Assembly: GCA_964488685.1 (NCBI GenBank)
Contig: CAZAVY010000003.1
Coordinates: 1,106 to 65,105 of the forward strand
DNA from: an uncultured Gammaproteobacteria bacterium
Lineage (GTDB): Bacteria; Pseudomonadota; Gammaproteobacteria; GCA-001735895
Direction: 5' to 3'
Length of the DNA: 64,000 nucleotides
The notes beneath the pieces were generated by a model. The model was not told the origin of the DNA. It saw only the letters and a program-made list of their open reading frames with translations, and ran no database searches. Below are positions 17,391 through 25,772 of this stretch, one piece after another; within the stretch, counting starts at the first letter, position 1, and each line of letters starts with the position of its first letter. Position numbers and translations under genes: made by a program.

Positions 17391-18242
17391 ATGTACCAGG
17401 TCACCAGCGTCATCGAATTGCGCCAGCATGTGCAGCACTGGAAAGACCACGACCAGTCGATCGCTTTCGTTCCGACCATGGGTAATCTGCACGCCGGGCA
17501 TATGTCGCTGATCGAAAAAGGTCTATCGCTGTGTGATCGCTGCCTGTGCAGTATTTTTGTCAACCCGATGCAGTTTGGTGCAAACGAGGATTTCAACCAT
17601 TATCCGCGTACCCTGGATAATGACATCGCACAACTCGATGCGAAAGGCTGCGACCTGGTTTACCTGCCAGCCGCGTCGGAGCTTTATCCACAGGGGCTCG
17701 ACAAGATCAGTCATGTTGAAGTGACCGATTTGACCGAACGCTATGAAGGCGCGCACCGCCGCGGGCATTTCACCGGGGTTGCGACCGTGGTATTGAAGCT
17801 GTTCAACATCGTCAAACCCGATGTATCCGTGTTCGGTAAAAAGGACTACCAGCAGTACCGGGTAATCAGCAAAATGGTGGAGGACCTGAACCTGGAGGTG
17901 CAGATCATCGGCCAGGAAACCACGCGTGAAGCATCCGGGCTCGCCACCAGTTCGCGTAACCAGTACCTGAACCATGAACAAACGCAAAAAGCAGCGATGA
18001 TCTACCAGCAATTGCGTCATACCGCAATACAGATCAACGAGGGTGAACATGATTTTAAAGCACTCGAGCAACGCGCTATCACAATCCTGGACGAGGCAGG
18101 ATTTAAAACCGATTACTTCTGTATCTGTAACGCCGAGACCCTGTTACCTGCCACCACTGAAGACCGTGACCTGGTAGTTCTGGTTACCGCGGCGATGGGT
18201 TCGACGCGTTTGCTCGACAACATCGAAGTATCGCTGTGGTAG
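17391..18242 (+). CDS. panC: pantoate--beta-alanine ligase
   Basis: 283 aa. Motifs FVPTMGNLHAGHMSL, FVNPMQFG, FGKKDYQQ and SSRN. Confidence 0.95.
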   Translation: MYQVTSVIELRQHVQHWKDHDQSIAFVPTMGNLHAGHMSLIEKGLSLCDRCLCSIFVNPMQFGANEDFNHYPRTLDNDIAQLDAKGCDLVYLPAASELYPQGLDKISHVEVTDLTERYEGAHRRGHFTGVATVVLKLFNIVKPDVSVFGKKDYQQYRVISKMVEDLNLEVQIIGQETTREASGLATSSRNQYLNHEQTQKAAMIYQQLRHTAIQINEGEHDFKALEQRAITILDEAGFKTDYFCICNAETLLPATTEDRDLVVLVTAAMGSTRLLDNIEVSLW

Positions 18243-18251
18243 CCAGCTGGC

Positions 18252-19226
18252 TCAACTCCCGGCATATAAAGCCTGCATCCCGTCGATGCGACTTTTTACA
18301 TTGTCGCGCAATTCCCGCGGTTCGAGCACTTCAATTTCGGCGCCGTACTTTAAAATATCCATTACCAGTTCCGTGTCCTGGCTATAGGGCACACGCAGAA
18401 TGTAAAACCCCTGCTCGTCATATTCGCTGCTTTGCCCAGGATGCCAGGTCTCGCGAGAAACCCAGCGTGCGATCTGTGGACTGAAGCGCAGCACCGCCTG
18501 GCGGGTGTCGGCGCCGGAAAAAATTCCGTAGCCACTCTCGAGCTCCCGATTTAAATCCTGCGCATCAATTTCTAGCGCAGTTTCACGACTGATTTGCAGC
18601 GCCTTGATCGCATCGATCGCAAAACTGCGTAATGCCTTTCGCCAATGACACCAGGCATCCAGATACCAGTTGTCGCGATAATAAATCAGCCGTTGCGGCG
18701 AGACGCGACGTTCGCTGACGCTGTCGGTGGGTCTGCTGTAGTAGGTCATGTCGAGACATTTGCGCGTCAGCAAAGCATGGCAAAGCGTCTGGAAGTTTTC
18801 ACTGCGATAGGTCTTTGCCGCGAGCGGTACAATGCGAATGCGGCGGGCGATTTCATCCGCGCTGTGATCTCCATCGTCCAGCAGCATGCGAATGCGCGAG
18901 CGCAATGGCTCGATGTGGCTCGACAACACTCCGGGTTGCAGGTTGTTAAGCAATGCATCCATGCTCAGCAGTGCCTGGATCTCGCTGGTGTTAAACCATA
19001 GACCGGGTAATTGAAAGTGCTCACCGTCTTCAAGTTGCCGATAGCAGTAGCCACGGCGTTCATGATCCCAGACGATCGGCGCCGCGAGGCGGTCACGCAA
19101 ATACTCGAGGTCGCGTTTAAACGTCGCCGGTGAAACTTCGAGCGCACCAAGAAACTGCGCGCGCGTGACCACCCGCCGGTTGCACAACATCTGGTCGATC
19201 AGGTGAAATCGTTCGGTTCGATCCAT
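18252..19226 (-). CDS. HTH/WYL-domain transcriptional regulator (YafY/PafBC-like)
   Basis: 324 aa. N-terminal HTH (VTRAQFLGALEVSPATFKRDLEYLRDRL) and a WYL core (RLIYYRDNWYLDAWCH). Confidence 0.8.
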   Translation of the reverse strand: MDRTERFHLIDQMLCNRRVVTRAQFLGALEVSPATFKRDLEYLRDRLAAPIVWDHERRGYCYRQLEDGEHFQLPGLWFNTSEIQALLSMDALLNNLQPGVLSSHIEPLRSRIRMLLDDGDHSADEIARRIRIVPLAAKTYRSENFQTLCHALLTRKCLDMTYYSRPTDSVSERRVSPQRLIYYRDNWYLDAWCHWRKALRSFAIDAIKALQISRETALEIDAQDLNRELESGYGIFSGADTRQAVLRFSPQIARWVSRETWHPGQSSEYDEQGFYILRVPYSQDTELVMDILKYGAEIEVLEPRELRDNVKSRIDGMQALYAGS

Positions 19227-19252
19227 TAAACAGGCCTGGTTTATTAATGATA

Positions 19253-19278
19253 GCTCATCTTATGAGCCACTAGTGGCT
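19253..19278. promoter_or_regulatory. two overlapping perfect palindromes in the divergent intergenic region (candidate operator)
   Basis: GCTCATcttATGAGC (19253-19267) overlaps AGCCACTAGTGGCT (19265-19278). Both sit between the WYL regulator start (19226) and the ATG at 19298. Confidence 0.35.
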
Positions 19279-19297
19279 GGATAATAGCACGATCGAA

Positions 19298-19825
19298 ATG
19301 ACGGAGAACAAAATGTTCTATCGCCTGCTTTACAAGCTTTCTGCCTATTGTCGATGTCGGGTCATTAATGGGCCCGATCAGCAACCCTACCTGGAACGCT
19401 ATCATATTCTGCGTCTGCCACTGGGTTACCAGGTGTATTTACATCGATTTGTCGCCAGCGACCCGGGGCGCGGCCTGCACAATCACCCCTGGAATCATGC
19501 CATATCCCTGTTGCTTTGCGGCTCCTACCAGGAAACGCGCATGCTCGATGCCAACGCTGACAATGCTCTGCATAGCCGCTGGTTGCGACCGGGCCGGGTT
19601 AATTTTATTTCCGGAGAGGTGTTTCACCGCGTCAATATTCCTTCGGGAAAGGAGTGCTGGAGCCTTTTTATCCACGCGCCCAAGGCTAAGACCTGGGGGT
19701 TTATTCAGCGTCACGGGTACCTCGACCACAATGAAGTCGTGGCGCATGCGAGTAACCCGCTTTGGTGGAAACAGGCCAGGCGTCCAATTCACGATCCGCA
19801 AATGCGCCTGCCCTGCCCGAGTTAA
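19298..19825 (+). CDS. conserved hypothetical protein with LH-x-H-P-W motif
   Basis: 175 aa. YLERYHILRLPLGYQVYLHRFVASDPGRGLHNHPW and WGF resemble a widespread bacterial/phage family of unknown function, from memory. Two overlapping ORFs in other frames look like noise. Confidence 0.5.
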   Translation: MTENKMFYRLLYKLSAYCRCRVINGPDQQPYLERYHILRLPLGYQVYLHRFVASDPGRGLHNHPWNHAISLLLCGSYQETRMLDANADNALHSRWLRPGRVNFISGEVFHRVNIPSGKECWSLFIHAPKAKTWGFIQRHGYLDHNEVVAHASNPLWWKQARRPIHDPQMRLPCPS

Positions 19826-19977
19826 TAAGCGCTCTGACCGAGAGAAATGCAGGCAGGGTGCCGTCGCAGTAGAAAGGTGGTGAGAAATGCGGGTTAGTAC
19901 CCCTCTGTTAATGATTTGCGCTGTGTCTTCGGCGTGTGATAATAACCAGCTATCTAGTATCTCAAGGTGAGAATTAC

Positions 19978-21609
19978 ATGACCGATAATCCGGTCTGGCG
20001 CTGGATCGACGATACCTTTCTGGATCTCGGGCGCCAGTTTCGCTGGTCGTACCTGCCACCGTTAATGATTTATCTTGCCGCCGGCGTGCAGGGACTGACC
20101 GCGATCGTCGGTACTTTTTTCATCAAGGACTACCTCGACCTGTCCGCCGACTTCCTCGCCGGTTTGGCATTCTGGGCGGTCATTCCGTGGACGCTGAAAA
20201 TGCCACTAGGGCACCTCGTCGATCTGATCTGGCGCCGTAAGGCGCTGTTGGTTTATATCGGCGCCAGCCTGATAACCCTGAGCATTCTCATTATGTACGG
20301 GGTTATCGCGCATACCGATACCCTGGACGCAATTCTGAAGATCGAGGCATGGTTTGTTATAGCAACCCTATTGGCACCGACCGGCTACGTGGTACAGGAT
20401 GTGGTCGCAGATGCGATGACCGTCGAAGCGGTGCCGACGATGGACGAACATGGCGCATCCTACTCCGATGGCAAAATCAAGGTCATGCACACCACGATGC
20501 AAACCCTGGGCCGTATCGCAATCATCGGAGGACTGGCCGGCGTCGCTGCTTTGAACATCACCATGTTCAGCGGGGTTGAAGACATGACCGAAGCAATAAA
20601 GATCGCGATCTACGCCGATATCTACCTGTTGGCGCTGGCCATTCCCCTGCTGTCGATATCCGGCGTGCTACTGGGGGCGATATTGTTACGGCGTCGCGCC
20701 AGGCACCTGCATGCGCAAGGCATCGATCATGCAAGCATCGATAAATTGCTGTTTGCACCCGCCGGGGAAATCCGGCCGAACTGGTGGATTCTCGGTGGCA
20801 GTCTGGTATTTACGGTATTCACGCTAGGCATGGGGATAAGCCAGGTTGCGTTTGCGCAGGAAATCATATTTATCGGTTCGATGGTCATCATATTATTCCT
20901 GATGCATCGCCTGCTGCTCGAGCTCGATCCGGAAATGCGAAATATGCTGCTGGGAACCGCGGTCATCATCTTCGTATTCCGAGCGACACCGTTGCCGGGT
21001 CCGGGGGTCGCCTGGTTTGAAATCGATGTTCTCGGTTTCGATCAGCAGTTTCTTTCCGTATTGTCACTGATCGCCTCGATGCTAACGCTTTTCGGGATGA
21101 TCGTGCTGCGACCGATGATGGCAACCCGATCCATCGCCTTCGTCATAATGCTGCTGACCATTGCGGCTGGAATTCTTGCGTTGCCGAATATCGGGCTTTA
21201 CTACGGCGTCCACGAATGGACCGCGGCTCGTACCGGTGACATCGTCGACGCGCGTTTTATTGCGATTATCGATGTCGCACTCGAATCCCCGCTGGGCCAG
21301 ATCGCGATGATCCCGATGTTGGCCTGGATCGCCCAAAACGCACCGCCGCATTTAAAAGCCACCTTTTTCGCGGTAATGGCATCCTTCACCAACCTGGCGC
21401 TTTCCGCATCGAGTCTCGGCACCCGCTATTTGAACGAGGTTTATACGGTGGCCCGGGAGGTGCGCGATCGTGTAACCGACACGGTTCAAACCGTAGCCGA
21501 CTACAGCGAACTCGGCTGGCTGTTAATTAGCGTGGCGCTGATCGGATTGCTGGCGCCTTTACTTGCGATCGTGTTGGTTCAGCGTTCGAGATTACACACC
21601 CGACAATAA
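19978..21609 (+). CDS. polytopic membrane transporter (MFS/folate-biopterin-transporter-like)
   Basis: Internal Met of ORF 19936..21609, preceded by aaggtgag. More than 12 hydrophobic segments. The N-terminal LPPLMIYLAAGVQGLT...KMPLGHLVD is reminiscent of the BT1 family, but this assignment is weak. Confidence 0.5.
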   Translation: MTDNPVWRWIDDTFLDLGRQFRWSYLPPLMIYLAAGVQGLTAIVGTFFIKDYLDLSADFLAGLAFWAVIPWTLKMPLGHLVDLIWRRKALLVYIGASLITLSILIMYGVIAHTDTLDAILKIEAWFVIATLLAPTGYVVQDVVADAMTVEAVPTMDEHGASYSDGKIKVMHTTMQTLGRIAIIGGLAGVAALNITMFSGVEDMTEAIKIAIYADIYLLALAIPLLSISGVLLGAILLRRRARHLHAQGIDHASIDKLLFAPAGEIRPNWWILGGSLVFTVFTLGMGISQVAFAQEIIFIGSMVIILFLMHRLLLELDPEMRNMLLGTAVIIFVFRATPLPGPGVAWFEIDVLGFDQQFLSVLSLIASMLTLFGMIVLRPMMATRSIAFVIMLLTIAAGILALPNIGLYYGVHEWTAARTGDIVDARFIAIIDVALESPLGQIAMIPMLAWIAQNAPPHLKATFFAVMASFTNLALSASSLGTRYLNEVYTVAREVRDRVTDTVQTVADYSELGWLLISVALIGLLAPLLAIVLVQRSRLHTRQ

Positions 21610-21655
21610 GCTTCCGGTAATGGTTCGGTTTACGATCGAAACGATCGAGATCCCG

Positions 21656-22004
21656 CTACTGCAAGCGAACAGTGGTTAGTCTGCAATTTTGCGCCCGGTG
21701 AGCGACGCTATTGCCAGGCTGTTTGCCGGTATTGATTTCCCCCAGCGAGCTCCAGCCCGCCTCGATGTAGGTTGAAAAATCGGTTTGCGCCCAGGAGTCG
21801 AAGTATGGCCGGGCGAGGTAATCCCCGGGCATGATCAGTTCACGGCAATGGCGCCACCATTCGATGGTAATACCCGGCGTACCGGCACACTGGGCTATCC
21901 CCCATTCCCGACCTTCCCAGTCATGGTGAAACGGGGATTCGTCGGCCTCGACTTCGATCGGACCATAGCCTTAGTTTACCGCCGAGATCGTGAATTCCAT
22001 CCAT
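21656..22004 (-). pseudogene. nitrile hydratase beta-subunit remnant (N-terminal domain only, frameshifted)
   Basis: Own translation gives MDGIHDLGGK from 22004. The homology then continues in another frame from 21970, after a TAA in that frame: GYGPIEVEADESPFHHDWEGREWGI...ELIMPGDYLARPYFDSWAQTDFSTYIEAG. There is no C-terminal SH3-like half. Confidence 0.6.
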
Positions 22005-22009
22005 AATCC

Positions 22010-22228
22010 CTAAGCCCCGCCCAGGTCACGGTCGGTACCGATCATAGAATTACGCGACACCCGCTCTGCCAATTCATCTTCGCTCATATCCCCGCTGTGC
22101 GGCGGACGCTGTGGTAACACCAGGTAGCGTAGTTCCGCGGTGCTGTCCCAAACACGAACTTCGACATCGTCGCCGATTTTGACGTCAAACTCAGCCAGCA
22201 CGCTGCGCGGTTCACGCACCGTACGGGG
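22010..22228 (-). pseudogene. nitrile hydratase alpha-subunit C-terminal remnant
   Basis: [64 protein letters not shown] matches the conserved C-terminus of NHase alpha subunits. The metal-binding Cys cluster region is absent. An in-frame TAA at 22229-22231 directly abuts a REP element. Confidence 0.7.
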
Positions 22229-22234
22229 TTAGGA

Positions 22235-22258
22235 GATTCCCGCTTGCGCGGGAATGAC
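22235..22258 (-). repeat. REP-like palindromic element
   Basis: The minus strand reads gtcattcccgcgcaagcgggaatc, between the fghA stop and the nitrile hydratase remnant. Confidence 0.7.
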
Positions 22259-22260
22259 AA

Positions 22261-23097
22261 TTACCTCAGGAAACCGGCGTGGTAGTCGAAGTGATCCTCG
22301 ATGAAACTCGCGATGAAATGGTAGCTGTGATCGTATCCGGGTTGCATGCGCAGATTCAACGACTGATCCGCAGCATCGCAGGCGACCTGAAAATTATCCG
22401 GCAACAGCTGACCTTGATGCAGAAACTCGTCAGCCTCCCCCTGGTCGATCAGGATATCGCCAACCCTTGCACCGTCCCGTACCAGGCAGGTTGCATCATA
22501 AGTTTCCCAGACCGTGCTGTCGTCACCGAGATAGGCGCCGAAACAGCCCTTGCCCCAATCACAATTAACGGGATTGGTGATCGGAGAAAACGCGGATACC
22601 GAACGAAAAGCATCGGGCAGTTTGAGTGCACAGATCAGCGCACCATGTCCACCCATCGAATGTCCGGAAACCGATTTAACCCCTGGAATCAACGGCAGCC
22701 TAGCCTCGAGCAGGGAGGGTAACTCGCCGGTTACGTAGTCGAACATATTAAAGTGCGGAGTCCATGGAGTTTGGGTTGCGTTGACATAAAACCCTGCGGC
22801 CTGGCCCAGATCGTAGCGCTCGGGTTCATCGGCAACCGCTTCACCGCGTGGACTGGTATCCGGAAAAATCACCGCAATTCCGTGTTTGGCGGCAAAGCGT
22901 TGAAACCCGCCCTTGGTGCGCGCATTGTCATCGCTGCAGGTTAATCCCGACAGCCAGTACAGTGCGGGAACCCTGGCCTGTCTCGATCCAGGGGGCAGGT
23001 AAACCGAAAATGTCATCTCGCACCGGCAACTAACCGATTGGTGAGTGTATCGGATCAGATAGCCACCACTTTCCTTGATGCTTTCGATTTCTTTCAT
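22261..23097 (-). CDS. fghA: S-formylglutathione hydrolase (esterase D)
   Basis: 278 aa with GHSMGGHGAL and YDHSYHF motifs, immediately downstream of the class III ADH gene. Confidence 0.9.
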   Translation of the reverse strand: MKEIESIKESGGYLIRYTHQSVSCRCEMTFSVYLPPGSRQARVPALYWLSGLTCSDDNARTKGGFQRFAAKHGIAVIFPDTSPRGEAVADEPERYDLGQAAGFYVNATQTPWTPHFNMFDYVTGELPSLLEARLPLIPGVKSVSGHSMGGHGALICALKLPDAFRSVSAFSPITNPVNCDWGKGCFGAYLGDDSTVWETYDATCLVRDGARVGDILIDQGEADEFLHQGQLLPDNFQVACDAADQSLNLRMQPGYDHSYHFIASFIEDHFDYHAGFLR

Positions 23098-23103
23098 TTT
23101 TAG

Positions 23104-24225
23104 TCAGCCCGAAAAAATGACGACTGATTTAATGCTCTTGCCTTCATGCATCAAATCAAACGCGGTATTGATCTGTTCCAGCGGCATGGTATGGGTCACC
23201 AGGCTGTCGAGTTCAATCCTGCCATCCATATATTGATCTACCATACCCGGCAGTTCGGTGCGCCCCTTGACACCACCGAATGCGGTACCGATCCAGCGCC
23301 GACCGACAACGAGGTTAAAAGGGCGAGTCCTGATTTCCTCACCGGCACCCGCGACCCCGATAATGGTCGAAACCCCCCAACCCATTTGCGTACATTCCAG
23401 GGCGTCCCGCATTACCTTGACGTTACCGATGCATTCGAAAGAGTAATCGACACCACCACCGGTCATTTCCTGGATATACTCCGGCAGGGAGCCGTCGACT
23501 TCCCCGGGATTAACGAAGTCGGTGGCACCGAGGGATTTCGCCATTTCCCATTTATCAGGATTGATATCGACCGCCAGAATACGTTCGGCCTTTGCCATAA
23601 CCGCACCCTGAACCGCCGACAGACCCACGGTTCCCAAACCGAATACCGCAACCGAGGAACCGGCTTCAACCTTTGCCGTATTCAATACCGCACCGATTCC
23701 AGTGGTTACTCCGCAGCCGAGTAAACAAGCCTTGTCCAGCGGCGCTGCCTTGTTGATTTTTGCGAGCGCGATTTCAGGCACAACAGTGTACTCGGAAAAT
23801 GTCGAGCAACCCATGTAGTGATAGAGTTCTTTTCCGTTATGGGTAAATCGACGGGTACCGTCGGGCATGAAACCGGTCCAGACCGTAGCGGCAATCGACT
23901 GGCACAGGTTGGTTTTATCGGAACTACAGAATGAACAGGTGGATTCACCGCATTCGGGAATATAGAGCGGGATTACATGATCGCCCACGCTCAGACCGTT
24001 AACACCCGGACCACACTCGACTACCTCGCAGCCTCCTTCATGCCCCAAAATGGCGGGAAAGGCGCCTTCAGGATCTTCACCCGACAGGGTAAAGGCATCG
24101 GTATGACATACCCCGGATGCGTGCACTTTCAACAGGACTTCACCTTGCGACGGACCCGCCACTTCAACTTCTTCAATTTCAAGCGGCTTGTTGGGTTCCC
24201 ACGCGACCGCAGCTCTTGATTTCAT
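23104..24225 (-). CDS. adhC: S-(hydroxymethyl)glutathione dehydrogenase / class III alcohol dehydrogenase
   Basis: 373 aa. Motifs [23 protein letters not shown] and GLGTVGLS are typical of a class III ADH. Confidence 0.95.
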   Translation of the reverse strand: MKSRAAVAWEPNKPLEIEEVEVAGPSQGEVLLKVHASGVCHTDAFTLSGEDPEGAFPAILGHEGGCEVVECGPGVNGLSVGDHVIPLYIPECGESTCSFCSSDKTNLCQSIAATVWTGFMPDGTRRFTHNGKELYHYMGCSTFSEYTVVPEIALAKINKAAPLDKACLLGCGVTTGIGAVLNTAKVEAGSSVAVFGLGTVGLSAVQGAVMAKAERILAVDINPDKWEMAKSLGATDFVNPGEVDGSLPEYIQEMTGGGVDYSFECIGNVKVMRDALECTQMGWGVSTIIGVAGAGEEIRTRPFNLVVGRRWIGTAFGGVKGRTELPGMVDQYMDGRIELDSLVTHTMPLEQINTAFDLMHEGKSIKSVVIFSG

Positions 24226-24548
24226 AATTGCTCCTGAGATTATTTACGAGTTATTTGATCCGGAATTTCATAAATCATGCGCAAGCTCGCTAATCTATTG
24301 ATTCCACGGGGAATAATGTCTCGGTCGCTGGTGATCGTGGATACGGGACTCCTTTCGGTTGTTCCTTGTGAAATCAATATCCTGCGCGATCTTTGCGCAG
24401 ATCTATGAAACTTCCGGCTTATTGATGGCAGACTAAATAGAATACACAGATCCGTCAAGCTGCCCCCTTAGCTTTAAACCGAGTAAAATAAATGAATTAG
24501 TTTCAGTTTTTCCACTCAAAGATTTAACTACCCGGCGACGAGGTTGAG

Positions 24549-25517
24549 ATGGGCTTAATACCACCAAAAAAGGCCAGAATTCTAGTGCTGGTTGGCTTAC
24601 TACTGGGCATTCTTGTCTACAAATTTGCCGCCTCTGCCGGACCCTCCAATGGCTTCGATTTGTCTAACTCCATCCTGCCGCGCGAAGAGATACTTCATGG
24701 CGGACCGCCGCGCGACGGTATTCCGGCCCTGTCCAGCCCGAAGCTGATCGCGGCGATGGAAGCTGAGTATCTTGAGCCAAACGATCGTATCGTCGGTATA
24801 ACGCTGCAAGGTCAGTCGAGAGCTTACCCCATCGCCATCCTTAACTGGCACGAAATCGTCAACGATGACATTGATGGCCAACGATTCGCGGTTACCTATT
24901 GTCCGCTATGTGGTACCGCGGTTGCTTTCGACGCGATCATCGACGGAAAACCGACAGACTTCGGCGTATCGGGTTTACTCTATAATAGCGATGTCTTGCT
25001 GTATGACCGCGATACCGAATCGCTATGGTCTCAAATTATGAGTCAATCGATCTCAGGTAAACAGGTCGGTAAGCCACTAACCCGGATACCCATCAGCCAC
25101 ACCACCTGGCGCGACTGGCTCGAAAAACACCCCGATTCCCTGGTGTTGTCCGACGACACGGGGTATTCCCGTGACTATCAGCGAGATCCCTACGCCGGGT
25201 ATGAAGCGTCTCGAACCATCTATTTCGCCGTCAACAACGAAGCCCCCGACAACTATCATCCCAAAGAGATTGTGGTCGGACTGGGTATCGACGGAGTTTA
25301 CAAAGCCTATCCGTTCATCGAACTCGAAAAGCAGGGCAAAGCTCGCTTCAGCGATTCAGTAAACGGCTCCGAATTCAATTTTGACTGGGATTCAGCAAAC
25401 CGCAGCATAACCATTACCGATAGGTCCGGTAAAGAAGTTGCCGGCATCCAGGGATTCTGGTTCGCATGGTTCGCGTTCCACCCCGACACCGAAGTTTTTA
25501 AATCCGCAGAAACCTGA
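24549..25517 (+). CDS. DUF3179 domain-containing protein
   Basis: 322 aa. N-terminal TM segment, then GGPPRDGIPALSSPK, AYPIAILNWHEIVND, VTYCPLCGT and LLYDRDTESLWSQ. Confidence 0.75.
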   Translation: MGLIPPKKARILVLVGLLLGILVYKFAASAGPSNGFDLSNSILPREEILHGGPPRDGIPALSSPKLIAAMEAEYLEPNDRIVGITLQGQSRAYPIAILNWHEIVNDDIDGQRFAVTYCPLCGTAVAFDAIIDGKPTDFGVSGLLYNSDVLLYDRDTESLWSQIMSQSISGKQVGKPLTRIPISHTTWRDWLEKHPDSLVLSDDTGYSRDYQRDPYAGYEASRTIYFAVNNEAPDNYHPKEIVVGLGIDGVYKAYPFIELEKQGKARFSDSVNGSEFNFDWDSANRSITITDRSGKEVAGIQGFWFAWFAFHPDTEVFKSAET

Positions 25518-25551
25518 TTTTCCGAAAATCTGTTTCTTCAACAAAATTCGA

Positions 25552-25664
25552 GTCATCCCCGAACCCAAGAGAAGGCAACCCCGCGCTTTGCTGGTCATCC
25601 CCCGCGAAAGCGGGGATGACTTCGGTAGGGTTGGGGATGGCTTCTTTAGGTGGCGGGGGATGAT
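25552..25664. repeat. REP cluster
   Basis: Full palindrome gtcatcccccgcgaaagcggggatgac at 25594-25620, flanked by half-sites gtcatcccc, ggggatggc and gggggatga. Confidence 0.75.
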
Positions 25665-25772
25665 TTCTGCGGACGCCGGGTCTCGTCCGTAGCGAGCACG
25701 ATCGAATTGTGTTAAGCCGGGATTAACCGGGACAGGATAATGTGACAGAATGTAATTATTTTCCGGTCCATC

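Noticed and set aside
16892-18071. Long antisense ORFs inside panB and panC (16892..17368 and 17523..18071). There are similar ones inside adhC (23146..23724), pepP (50239..50718), trpD (59858..60412) and trpG/trpE (60555..61010).
   Set aside because: Each lies within a strongly supported housekeeping gene on the other strand, and none has recognisable motifs.
19826-19977. Riboswitch-like leader (TPP, cobalamin or THF) in front of the BT1/MFS-like transporter
   Set aside because: There are superficial matches to short motifs (ctgaccgagag, gggtgcc), but they are in the wrong order for a TPP aptamer. I could find no consistent stem architecture.
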